Made by a program: the position numbers and the translations under genes. 64,000 nt of DNA from Lingula anatina (taxonomy: Eukaryota > Animalia > Brachiopoda): the NCBI GenBank assembly GCA_051362555.1, contig CM120649.1, positions 5,456,001 to 5,520,000 of the forward strand, in the 5' to 3' direction. The number at the start of each line of letters is the position of its first letter. Position 1 is the stretch's first letter. Below are positions 14,129-27,085 of the stretch, piece after piece. Under the pieces are notes generated by a model, which saw nothing but the letters and a program-made list of their open reading frames with translations, did not search any database and was not told where the DNA came from.

Positions 14129-15512
14129 ATGAAGACTGCCCTTTGTGTCGTTTTGTTGGTAATGGCTTTCGCCTGTGCCAAGGTACGTGCAAACTCGGTA
14201 TATTTCTTATGAAAACAGTGTCCATTTGTAATTATTATCACATGTACCGGGTATATATTGAGGTGAAAATAGTTTTATTAACTTGGGATTCACAACTGGG
14301 CATCGTAAATTACAGTCTTTAAATGTCCAAGTTAAAGAAGACTGAATGGAATAAGTTTATTCAACTACCTTGTTCAACTACCTACAGGTTCCCCAAAAAT
14401 TTTACGATGTTGCTCTAATTCACTGAAGAAACCAAATAATTGATTACCGTCAGGCTGGTTGAAAAAATCCTGGTAAGCGCTTCGCCCTAGGCTGAGAACA
14501 ATGTTTGGGGAAAGCAGCTGTTGAAGCCGTAATACTAACACATGCCACCCAAGCGGGTAAATAAGTATGTGGCACTCAGTAAGAAGCTCCCTGAAGGATG
14601 AGCAAGAGAGTCGGCAATGATTGATCGAGGGAAAGAAAGAGGCTAACGCTTCTTTTAAGATCCGCAAAAGATTATTTTTCAAATATCTCGAGGGGAAGGG
14701 GCAACTTCCATCCCCTCGTCCTGCAGTATACGATCCTTAATTAATTACCCCAGTACAATGGTATAACATGCAGAATCTTTGAAAGATGTAAAGAAATAAT
14801 TCCCTTTCTGCCATAGGCCTATAAGAGATGTAGCAGCGACACAGACTGTTACGGTGGCAAAACAATGTGCTGCGTGTCCAATCGGTATGGTAGAGGGTAC
14901 TGCCGTTCTCGTGGACGCCAATACTCTATTTGTTCCATAAGTGGAAGCGCCAATCGATGTTCCTGTAGAGAAGGTACGACTGTCTTTGTTCTTGTCTTCG
15001 ATTCCGTGCTTATAGGCCTAACAGTTTTTTTTTCTTTTTCAATTACCGTTCCTTCTTTTGTTATTTTTTAAAAATTTTATTATATAATTATTTTCATCAA
15101 ATTATTATTTTCATTATTATTACTTTCATATGTTAGTTTTCACTTTTGTCATGCATTCCACAATCGACAAATTATCCTATCTCAAAGACTGTATTGGAAC
15201 CAGAGGTAGACGTATTCAAAGCTGACCTACATTGTATCTCACAACTAAAGCTGCTTACCACCACTATTTCTCTATAGAGAGCCAATCGTAAAGAGTACAT
15301 TGTTTCCTGGTGAAAGTGACTCTGACACATATTGACACATTTATTTCATTAGTCCATTTGATAAAATTTCAGGTTTGGAATGCATCAGTGCTCGTGGCAA
15401 CCCCTGGTTTGGCGGCCTCGCTGCTATTCTCGTCAACCCAGATAGCGGTCTGTGCAACACGATTAAGGTGACCACTGGCGGGTCTGGGGAATCCGGCGAC
15501 GGTGACCTTTGA
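14129..15512 (+). CDS. Secreted 10-Cys prokineticin/astakine/colipase-fold protein (116 aa)
   Basis: Exons 14129-14182 (MKTALCVVLLVMAFACAK, signal peptide), 14817-14973 (AYKRCSSDTDCYGGKTMCCVSNRYGRGYCRSRGRQYSICSISGSANRCSCRE) and 15373-15512 (GLECISARGNPWFGGLAAILVNPDSGLCNTIKVTTGGSGESGDGDL*). Sites are GT-AG with compatible phases. Cys pattern C-C-CC-C-C-CxC-x2-GLxC-C; AATAAA at 15684. Confidence 0.85.
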
Positions 15513-16597
15513 ATCATGTGACTTTCTGGGATCAAGGTCAAGTTTACGACCAATGATTGCGCCTATAGCTAGCCTCTGGAGAACGCCCCAATTTGTGTAT
15601 GTATCATCAAAGGGACTGCTGTTTAAGCAACTTATCTATATTTTATAAATATCTTTCATCGATGATAGTGACAGTTTTTTCCCAATAAAATTGCAAACGA
15701 GGACTAATGTGTTGGGAATATGTTGAGTTGTTTTATGAATTCATCTTAAACAGTGCAACACAAAGACATTACAAGTATGGACTTCGAATATATCATGCAT
15801 AGGTGAAGTTTGAGTAAATGAAATGGTCCATTTCATTTTTACCAATGTTTCATGAAGGTTTTAATTTTTTAATAATTGTATAACAGAACGGTACATTCCA
15901 ACCGTGAGATTGTTTCGGTGTTCGGTTTCGGTTTCGGCTTTTTTTTAAACATTTTTCAGACTGTCATGTATTTGCACCGCGTTTATAATTCATAAATAAA
16001 CGGGGCATTGTAAAATACAACTAGACACGCACGTGTAACGCACACAATCCGAGAAATAAAATAATTTCAGCCTGATCGAATCATCAAAGAGTCTTATATT
16101 TATTCTCGTTTGGAAGCATAACACAGACGCATGGGTCACAGCTGGCAGCATCTTGAAGGGTTTCCTGTCTCTATAGAGCAGGTATCAAAAGAAGCCAGAA
16201 AACCATAAAAGGGAGAGAATGAACACACTCTGTACTTGGTAAAAACGCGCCAAAAACGCGCACTTGCCTTGTTTTCACACCAGTGGTATCTGATTTATCA
16301 TAATTAAAGACTGAATGCAGGTTTTGCGACCTATTTATGCAAATGCAATCACCCAGGAGTTATTTTCAGTGCTCTTTTTTACGTTTTATTTCCTCAGTAT
16401 TTAACAGGATGTAGATAAGCAACTGTCATGTGTATGTAAAAATGAATAACATTTATCCCATTGACGTCTAAATAGCCTTCGAACAAACTAAATACGTATC
16501 AACCGCCCTATATTAGCCATAGAAATCAGTATTGATAATAGAAATCAAATAAAACCGCATCATATACGTCAGTGTCAAACTTCCTTACGTTTATGGC

Positions 16598-16638
<41 letters not shown>

Positions 16639-17622
16639 TAATTTAATAATAACATATTAAAAAGAAATAGTAAATCTTCTAGATTTACCACAGAGCATTT
16701 GAGTAAATGCTCTCTTCTTGAACATTTTATGGATTTTATGGATTTTTCTTAAAACCATTAAAACCATAAAAAGCAAAAAAAAAAAAAAAGAAAAAAAATC
16801 CTTTTAATGTCTAAATGATAATTTAAAGAGTCCGTTTCCACTCCTCATCCAAGGAAATAACTGAAGATGCATTGAATCTAGGAACATTCTGAATTACCAT
16901 ATCGCAGGGAAAGTCTGAAAAATTAAAATGTCTGTATACAAGTTTCTTAAAAAAAAGGAGCATGGCGTTTCAACATACCAATAAAATTCTGTCAAGTGAC
17001 TAGGCCGTTTGAAAAAGGGTGGCAACATCGGAACTCATAATACGCTTATGTTGTCTCTTTAAAAACTATTTACTTTGTTAACACAATTACAGAAGAGGTA
17101 TGCAGTGACATTTCACCGACCGCAAATGAATGAAAGTGCACAAACACAAATTTATGTCTTTGATAACACAACAAAAACATAATGTATGTCTTTTTACCTC
17201 TTTTATTAGGTAAATGCCACACAATCAGTAACTGTCGCAAGTTTTTTTTTTTCTTTTGCTTTATTAATTTGGCAAAATATATACGTAGCAGGAAAATCGA
17301 CATTGTAACCCCAACTTACTATCTTCTTGAAAGAACATTACTTTTTCAAATCCCCATGTTTGTAACTTATCAGTTCATCATTCAATGAAGTTCGCAAAAC
17401 AATTCTTTATCTTCAGGTAGCCAGTTTGTCGTACAAGGTCTTCGTTCACAATTAATGACTCTGTTCGTTTATATTCTAGGGTGTGTCGCTGTGTGTGTGT
17501 TTGTGTGTGTGTGTGTGTCTGAGAGAGAGAGAGAGAGAAGCCGGAAATAATTCTCCAGCTTAGCCGAGGTGTTGCACTCAAAAAGTAAGCTAAGTGACAT
17601 TACTGACATTTCGCGATGGCAT

Positions 17623-19535
17623 TTAATAACGACACCTGTGGCACCACACCCAAACCACACGCCTGATGCAAACACGTCTACACCTTTTACAAAATAAACA
17701 GCGGATACATATGCAAATGCGTCGCACCCTCCGGCAACGGTACCTATAGCAGCCTCGCTTTTGACGATGAACTCCTGAAATATAATATAATATAATATAA
17801 TATAATATAATATAATATAATATAATATAATATAATACAACGGGAAGAAATTGAGACCAAAGGGACCTGCAATTTATATTGTACGTCCGATGCGTCTAAA
17901 TACAAAGTAAGAAAGAAATCTCACGTCGCTGCTATACAGGTACATTCCCGAGACATGTCTAGTGCTTACCTGCCGTGCCTCGAGTGTTGGCGCCATCTAC
18001 AGTATTGTCGTCCTTTTGAGTAAGCCAGTATGTCTTCAGATCCCTGCAGAATTCCTGCATTCTGGGACTTAGGAAGGACTTGTCCTTGATCGGGGAGGTG
18101 TTGACAACGAATTGCCTGTGTTCATCATCGGTGTCTTCATCATCGTCATCTGTTGTACTTTCATTCTAAAGTCAAAATGGAAGGTTAAGTGAGATCTAGT
18201 TATTCAAAGCTCCCGTGATTTTCATTTTTAAAATTGACCTGACATTTTTTAAATAAAATTAAATACAAGGTGCAAGTGTCAGCACAAATTCAAAGTCTGC
18301 ATATACAAAGTAAATTGTTCCGATTGCTCCATTAGCCCTGATCACATTTCTAAATGTAACTTCATATTCTAAAACTCATTCAATAGTATCGTTTATGTAA
18401 AAAATGTAAAAAAAAAAGACTGAATAAATATAAAGTTAGTCGTACCGGTTGTTCCAAAGCGTTGGCCACGTCCTTGCTGTCAGTCTCTTCAGATTTGTTC
18501 ATTGGAGTCAAGTAACAAGCAAACTTGTTATTCATTTCCATCTTGTATCCTACCAGACTCTGAAATGATGAAATCTGCATATGATAGTTTGAAAAGAAAG
18601 ACTTTAAGGCTAAGCAAGCAAACTTGCTGTTCATGTCCATCTTGTATACTACCAGACTCTGAAATGATGAAATCTGTTTATAATAAATTGAAAACAGACT
18701 TTAAGGTTGAAACTGGTGGTGTAATCTGCCCTTTTACAGAAATCCGTCGCTCGTTAACCAACTAATTAATTCAGTCTGGCCTTTTTTTGTTAAAATGATA
18801 AAAACGTATTTTGATGGAATGAAACATTTGCAACGAAAAAAAAGGAAATGTCACCACAGTCTTCCAAATTATCTTTGTTGATCTATCCTACATTTTTGAC
18901 CGTCTTCCGACAGACAAAATTAGATACCCGACAATGTAAACTTCAAAATCTGAGCGTCTTCTGGAAGACCCAGAAGACGGCCTCAATCCGCCCCTGCATT
19001 GAATTAGTCCTGAAATGACGGTGCAACGCTCTTAAGAACTCTTAAGAATTTTAAAACAACATGTTTTCCTTTTGACATACATCAGGTAGAATAAAACTTT
19101 ATTGTTTATTATTTTTCTAAGTTAAGTTGAAACCTCCACTCACTCTCGAGTTGTCCATGGCGACGTGGAACTTCTCGTTGTCCACGTTGTACACGGTGAT
19201 GTTGTCCTTCAGATCAACCTGAACCTTTTCGTCAACTTTCTTCCCTTGTTTGTCGGTTAAGCGGAGATGGTACTCCTGAAGAAAAAGCAATGTCACTGGA
19301 AAACCATATAAGGCAATAGGGGTTATATTGGCATATTGTGTTCCCGATAAGCTTAAAAAGAAACAGAAAAAAATGGCACGTTTTGCCGATTAGATTATCC
19401 TTACTAGTGCTCGCAGAGCACGGTGCTGTTTTAAAGCAATTCTCTTCTCTGCCTGTATCAGATGTGTTAATCAATATAATTTCAAAATATTCAGTTTAAC
19501 CCTACTGTATTTTTATTATTATTATCATTATTACG

Positions 19536-19572
<37 letters not shown>

Positions 19573-20345
19573 GTGATATAGTATGCTTCCACCACATATA
19601 CCTTCCACACATCCTGTGATGCCTTGTTAGAGATGTGAACTGCTCCCAACGTTCCACCGACAGCAACAGCAACAACAACAATGACAGCAACAGCAACAAT
19701 GATGTACTTCTTGTACGACGCCTTGATCTGAAATGTGTGAAGATGGAATTAATCAGACATTTAATTAGCTTTCCAAATGCTCTCTCACTTGTGGCGTATT
19801 TCATTAGAAATACGTACCTTTAAAAGAAGGTGGTAATCTGTAAAGCCGATATAATATTATGATTTTTATACAATGTTTGTACAACAGGTTGAAAATGAAA
19901 CTGACAAATTTAGAGATTCCAGATGACAATCTAAACACATAAAATAATAACGCTGTTCGTTTTTCCATAGTTTACCAGTATGAATTTAAAAAAGAGTGCA
20001 CCTTTATGAAGTTAACATGTCATTTTTTATATAAAGATAATCTTGATACTTTTAGATAAATTAACTCACAAAATCCGATTTAAACATTGCAAAATGTTCA
20101 GACTTAAGCATCGTCGTTCTTTAAACTATTTAAGATAAAAAATACAAGTGTGCACCAAATTATGCAGCTGTTTTAGCATGGTTGCACATCCCTGACATCC
20201 CCTGTATAAGGCTGAAAAATTCTTGGCCTAAACATCTTTATTAAGTGGATATACTTACCTCGGCGCTGTTACGTCGAGAGGATCCACCATCTGTGATGAC
20301 CGTCACGCCGGATTCGGCAGACTTTTCGTCGACTGCTGGCAGCAT
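17623..20345 (-). CDS. BRICHOS-domain precursor G2 (268 aa); predicted mature peptide GCYRYRCRRVRRICICIRCLFCKRCRRVCIRRVVWVWCHRCRY (43 aa, 10 Cys)
   Basis: Exons 20345-20259, 19727-19602, 19275-19144, 18559-18446, 18165-17970, 17774-17623; all GT-AG, open frame, RQKR site, TATAAAAA at 20431-20438. Confidence 0.92.
17781..17836. repeat. (ATATA)n pentanucleotide microsatellite at the exon-6 acceptor of G2
   Basis: Direct reading. Equivalent tracts lie at 38141-38217 (G5) and 50813-50876 (G7), with related AATAG/AAAAT tracts in G3, G4 and G6. Confidence 0.95.
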
Positions 20346-20430
20346 CTTGAAAAATAGCAGGCACCAAACAAGTCCTTCCTTCTCCAGGTAGAGGGAAACC
20401 GTCGTCTGATTCGTGTTCGGCGCACATCCC

Positions 20431-20500
20431 TTTTTATAGATCCGATCTTGTTTGAAAATTCACCAAGATTTTACATAAGAGGAAAAACGCCTTCCAAGAA
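20431..20500 (-). promoter_or_regulatory. G2 core promoter: TATA box plus upstream TTACATAA and TTCCAAGAA (STAT/GAS-type) motifs
   Basis: TATAAAAA lies ~90 bp upstream of the ATG, at a similar position in G1, G4, G5 and G7. TTC-N3-GAA at 20492-20500 is also found in G3 (29081-29089) and G4 (34792-34800). Confidence 0.55.
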
Positions 20501-21471
20501 AAAAAAGCCATTTCCATTTGTTTATTGACCACAAAACTGCGAACCTTGTTTTTCAAAAATGCATATGATGATGAGGGGCAAATGTCAAAACCAAGATAGC
20601 GTGCATTTAGGTTGTACTTTAGATGTTGCCTCAAATACTCCATGCTAAATATAAGCTTAAGCCCCAATGTACGGGTGATATCAAATATGCAATTTTTCCA
20701 TAAGATTCTCGCTGCAATAACCTGATTTATTTCGCTGAAACTTAAATAAGCCAAATACGCCTAAGACCACTCATTTAATCTAAACTAAAATGTCGCTGCC
20801 AACGTCATCCCACTGCTAAATCACCGGTTTCTCTTAAAGTTGCCATTACTAGCAATTAGGTGCCATGAATATTTAGTTGCACGCCGTCTGGAATCTCCCT
20901 TAAACTAGCACTGCCTGGATATTTGTAAGTCTTTTAATGTTATGCCATAGCATTACTGATACCAGCAAAATGTATACAGCTTCAAAGTTACATTAAAATA
21001 AATTTAAATTACTTTGAATGTAAAATGTGCACTGGTTTACTGGTTAAAGATATCATTCATTACTGGATAACATTATTATTATTATCAAAAGCAAGAATCA
21101 ATTTCAAGGCAACGATGTAAGGTTTTCCAGGAAAACTGCGATAAAGAAATATTAACTGCTAAAAAATTGTTTAAAAAGTTTTCAAAAGGCTGATGTAGAT
21201 CTTACAAAAAATTATAACCCTTCAGATTTGCTGTACTAGCAAAATTTGAAGTGCAACAGGGCATGTCAGCGCAAGATAGATTCTGCACATTTTTACCTCA
21301 TAAGACTGTACAGGGGTATAACCACCCAATGACTTTCAAATCGTTACGTAGTCGTTACATTATCATAACGAAATATTCCGTTATTTTATAGAAAAATTGC
21401 ATCAGCCGGGGTAAAGACTATGAAAGCTGTATGTTACCGTACTGTATCATCATCTCTAAAATGGACTCTAA

Positions 21472-21785
21472 GACCCCATTCCCATAGATTTTAGATCGAT
21501 CTATCCCTGTGGGAAGTCTCACTAGATTACTGATAGCTTAGCCGGCTTAAGCGTCTGTCCCGCCTACTAAAAGCTGTAAGGGGGTAATTAACTATGGTGC
21601 GTGTTCAGCTGACTGCAATTTAGCGTGAACCCCCAGGGAGTTAGGTCGATCTAATTCTAAATCTCTGGATCGATCTAAATCTCTGGGAATGCACTCTAAG
21701 ACTGCATTCCCACAGATTTTAGAACGATCTATCCCCATGGGGAGTCTCACTAGATTGTTCTCATCTTAGCCGGCTTAAATGTCTG
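21472..21785. mobile_element. PIF/Harbinger (Tourist-like) MITE: one full copy plus a truncated tandem copy
   Basis: Copy 1 (21472-21696) has inverted termini GACCCCATTCCCATAGATTTTAGATCGATC / GATCGATCTAAATCTCTGGGAATGCACTC and is flanked by TAA. Copy 2 starts at 21700 and is cut at ~21785. Same family as 42288-42502. Confidence 0.7.
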
Positions 21786-21884
21786 ATAGCGGCATAATTT
21801 CGATTTCGGAGTGTAAATTGCAAAATCGGCTATTACTTATATATCTCCTTTTACCTTAGCATCTGTGAAAATCGTGATACTTTT

Positions 21885-21886
<2 letters not shown>

Positions 21887-21923
<37 letters not shown>

Positions 21924-22528
21924 TTATTCGAGCATTAAATGTGACAGTTACATTTGTTAGCCCTCTATACTACAAATAGATAAATAAATAAATAGTTATA
22001 CATCGCTATGGATTACTACTTATACAGTGTTGAGGAATATTTATTACAGTGTATACGGTGTTTAAAAATACTTATCACAATTGAAAATAGTTAAAAATAC
22101 TTATTACAATTGTAAATAGTTCTATACACTGGGTGAACACACATTTTTCTTTGATAGGCTTATAGCTATATGTATCTAATGTGCCATACTTATGGTTCAT
22201 ATAATATAGCAGGATGAGGCTACTTCAGTGTGGCAGATGCTCATTTCTTTTCCAAATTGCCCTCTGGATGTATTTACCAACAGCGTGCAATTCTTTCTCA
22301 TTTTCTGGGTTTAGTATGATTTTAACCTTCTCGTCACTGCTTGCTAGGTGATGCATGTCACATTTAGGGAATTGTTTTAACATGCCCTCCCTCTCTTTTA
22401 CATGGTGTCTACATTCTAGTAGGAAGTGCACTTCGTCCTCCATTGCAGGACAGTGGGGACAGAATCGTTCCTCGCGTGGTGTTTTAGGTCTGGTGTAGCG
22501 TCCTCTTTCCATTTCGAGAATAATCCAG
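21887..22528 (-). mobile_element. 5'-truncated LINE (C-terminal CCHC domain of ORF2, 3' UTR, (TAA)n tail)
   Basis: LEMERGRYTRPKTPREERFCPHC...EDEVHFLLEC; AATAAA plus (TTA)n tail; TTTTTA target duplication (21881-21886 and 22529-22534). The empty site is visible in the paralogous block at ~42800. Confidence 0.88.
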
Positions 22529-24250
22529 TTTTTAGAACTGTTCAATAAAACACTGTAATGATAGAATCATGACTCCATAACAAAAACATTTAAACCATAG
22601 TAATACTAAAGGCAGGGGATTGTAGTTCCAAATTTTTACGACACATGTGTCAATTTCAGTGAGAAATTCATCTTCAGTTAAGTTACGATACTAATTGTTA
22701 TCTCACCTTGAAATAAAAAGGGTATGCATTTTCCAAAAGCCCATGTACGTTAAATTTAGAATTTACTGATTGCACAGTTAGGGGGGCCTACGGCTATGAT
22801 ATGATACACAATAAAATTGCATGTTAAGATATTTTTCAATGCAGCTTTCTAATCTTCTGTTAATCTTGTAATGTAATTCTGTTAATCTGCTTGATTTCGT
22901 TTTCACATGTTGTCTGATTGCGCTCCGTAAGACTTATGGCACCCATCGCTTGTGACTGCACAGTTCAGGTGGCTATGCTTATCACGTGACACCACAGTAG
23001 CCCCGCCCATCCCATAGCAACTGAGGCGGAGTTAAGTGGCAGTATCTATTCAATTTTAAGAAGTAAAATAAAAACATAAACGGAATGTGAACGCCTGTCT
23101 TATTTTTCAATAAGCAAAATGGTCGATACATTATTTGAAAAAAGACAAACAAAAATCTTCTTCCTGGGTATTTTGATGATCATAAACCCTGTCGTTGCCC
23201 TTAGCGCCTGATATAAACGCGTGTGTAACGCGTAAAATAACGATCTTTGGACAACGTGCACGTATACATTATTACGTGTACATTAATGCCTTAAGAATGA
23301 AATGACGATAAACAATATATTAAACAACACTTTATGTCTTTTTAAGTATCTGATTAATCATACTACACGCACTCCTCGTGAAATTTAAACTAATTTCCAT
23401 GGATGAGAGACAACGCGTGAAAAAAAATGCCTTCCACGAAAACTGAAAAATATATTTGTGGTTTTTCTTAACGCGCAAGTATGCATAATTTTGGCGTTTA
23501 CAAATGAAGAACGTTTAGTCTGTCACGTGCTTAACAGATGTATTTCCTGAAAAAATGTATTAGCTATTTAAATGGCCTCTAAAACGTGCTAACTATGATT
23601 ATGGCAAGTTGGAGGGAGAGAGAGACAAAATACCTCTTTGCATTTAACTTTCATTATTTTTCATGAAATGCCATACATTTACATTTACATTTTATATATA
23701 TCACTCTCCACCTCTATGGAATAATCACAGGATTACCATTTTCGAAATACACCGTGTGGGCGTGGCTGATGTATATTTCAAGAACACGTTTTGCAATTTG
23801 GATGCTTTCATGGCCACATAACTCATGTAAAGATATAAAGACATAAAAAGTTCAGTTCAGCAGCATGTGGTGTCTTTCGACACACGACCGTCATACAGTT
23901 AACACAAATATAAAATAATTACAATCAGTAACTGTCATAACTTTTATTTGATTCAGTTGACGATCGTATAAATCAGTAGGTCTATTCTACTTCTTTTGAA
24001 GTACAATGCATGCATAATCGCTCATTCAGTGATATAAAGAATGACGCCCGTTATGTAGATAAGCAACTAATACACTGTATGTGAGAATTAATGCCATTAT
24101 AATCCTGTTGACGTTTAAATAGCCTTCGAACAAACTAAATATGAATCAGCCGCAATAGATTAGCAATAGAAATCAATATTGATACATGTAGTAGACATCA
24201 AATAAAACCACATGAAATACGTCAGCGTCATGCTTCTTCGCTTTTATTAC

Positions 24251-24292
<42 letters not shown>

Positions 24293-25681
24293 GAGGGAGG
24301 ACGGGGATGATCTACTTTGAAAAAATGCGTATAATAAATATGATCTATTTGGAAGAAAAATATTTGTCTTTTTCTTTGCCTTGAGACATTTATTCCACAT
24401 GGATGTTTCCAGGAGCGTCGTGCGTTTGTTTGAGATCTATTTATATAAACAACTTTCACTTACATCGCCTTAAATCGTGTGGATATGGCTAAGCAGGAAC
24501 ACTTGTAAAATGAGGACCAAGACGCACGTATAACTTTGCATACATTAGCTTAATAACGATGTCACTTTACAAGCGCATTGATTAAGCGTCTCTCTCTCGC
24601 AGATCATTAACAATTTGTCCCTGAAGTGCGATGTCATTACACAATTATATATTCAATTATTTTTCGGAAGCTATATGTTGATTTTATCGTTTAAAATTAT
24701 TGTACTGCTGTACATGTATATTTTACCATTTTGAAAAAAATAATTTAATAACTAAACATATCAAAAAGACATAGTAAATCTAGATTTACAGCAGGGCATT
24801 TTAGTAAATGCTTGAGCATTTTACAAATTTTATGGATTTTTATAAAACAATTAAAATCATTAAAAGCAAAAAAGCAAAAAATCCTTTTAATGTCTATGTG
24901 ATAATTTAAAGAGTTCGTTTCCACTCCTTTTCCCAGGAGGTAATTGAAGACGGATTGAATGTAGGAACCTTCTGAATCACCATATCGCAGGGAAATTCTG
25001 AGACAGCAGAAAAAAAAGAAAGATGAAATGATTTTCATTTCACTTTAATGCTAACAGGGAATAAATTCTGTTTATCATAACTTGGCTTCTCGCATCCTCA
25101 ATATTTAAAACCGAAGAAAAGAACGATTTTTAAATTAAAATTGCTGTAAACAGCTAAATCGTTTCTAAAAGAGGAGTACGGCGTTTCAACATTTCAGTAA
25201 AAATCTGTCAAGTGATAGGTTGGTAACACCGGATCTCATAATACGCTTATATTGTCTCTTTAAAAACGCTTTATTTTCATACCACGATTACACAAATGAA
25301 CCGACCGCAAATGTTCATTTGTCACCGACCGCAAATGAATGAAAGTCCACAAACACAACTTTAAGTCTTTGATAACGCAACAAAAACATAAGATATATCT
25401 TTTTGCCTCTTTTATTGGGTAAATTCCACACAATCAGTAACTGTCACAAGTTTTCTTTCCTTCATTTTGCAAAATAAGTAGCAAGGGAAATCTGCATTAT
25501 ATCCCTGACTTAGAGACTATTTGAATATATCTTATATATTAAGCCCCCATGTGTGTTACTTATCAAGTAATCATACAATTAAGTTCGCCAAATATTTTAT
25601 AATCATCAAATAGCCACGGTGATGTGCAGGTTTTGATCTACAATGGTTGACTATGTTCATGTATGTTCTAAAGTGCGTGAC

Positions 25682-25752
<71 letters not shown>

Positions 25753-25829
25753 CCGGAAGCAATTATCCAGTTCTGCTGAGGTGTTGCAATAAGCTTAGTG
25801 ACATGAATGACATTTCGCGATGGCGTTTA

Positions 25830-27017
25830 TTAGTGGCACTTGCGACACCACCCACTAGATACACGCCAAACACAAATACGTTTACAACTTTTACAAGTTT
25901 TACAACGGATGCAACTGCAAATGCGACGCAACCTCATGCAACGGTGCCAATGACAGCCTCGCTTTTGACGATGAGCTCCTGAAATAGAATAGAATAGAAT
26001 AAAATAAAATATAACAGGAAGAAATCGAGAGGAAAGGAACCTGCAATTTATATTGTGCGTCCTATGTGTCTAAATACAAAGTAAAAAAGAAATCTCATGT
26101 CACTGCTACACACAGGAACATTTCAGAGATTTTTCTTGTGCGTACCTGCCGGTGCTTGGGTGTTGGCGCCATCTACAGTATTGTCGTCCTTCTGAGTAAG
26201 CCAGTATGCCTTCAGATCCTTGCAGAATTCCTGCATTCTGGGACTTAGGAAGGACTTGTCCTTGATTGGAGAGGTGTTGGCAACGAATTGCTTTTGGTCG
26301 TCATTGGTGTCTTCATCTTCATCATCGTCATCTTTTGTTCTTTCATTCTATAGTCAAAACGAAAAGGTTCAGTGAACTCAAGTTATTCAAAGCTTGTATT
26401 CACTATAATTTTTTTAAATGAAAATTCAATACAAGGCGTATGTAAAGATGCTCACACAGATTCAAAGTCCGAATAGGTATCAAGTTCATCATACCGGATG
26501 TTCCAAAGCGCTGGCCACGTCCTTGCTGTCAGTCTCTTCAGATTTGTTCATTGGAGTCAAGTAACAAGCAAACTTGTTTTTCATTTCCATCTTGTATACT
26601 ACCAGACTCTGAAATGATGATATCATGTTATAGTTTTACAAAGACTTTTAGGGTCAGGCAAAGCTGTTTAACGAGAACGACTGGCTTATATATATTGATA
26701 AAAATGCATTACATGTATTTTTCAGTTTCCGTAACTGGGCAACCTTTACAATAGGTCCATGTAGGACCTTAATGCTTTTGTTTTTATACTTTCTTTTAAT
26801 TGCCCTCCACTGTGGATCTGACAAAAGAACGGACCGACTCTCACATTCAGTTGCTTTTCTCCTGAAACTGCTGACGTCCTCTGTTTAGTCGTCGCTCGTT
26901 AGCAATCAATTTGTATGGCTTCTTTTTTGTTAAATATAATAAAACACGTTTTGAAATGGAATAAAACATGTGCAACGAACAGAGCATTAATAAATTGTAA
27001 AGGAAATGGAGTAACAA

Positions 27018-27085
<68 letters not shown>

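Noticed and set aside
17781-17836. Regular short repeats as a CRISPR-like array
   Set aside because: Simple microsatellites without spacers, in eukaryotic DNA.
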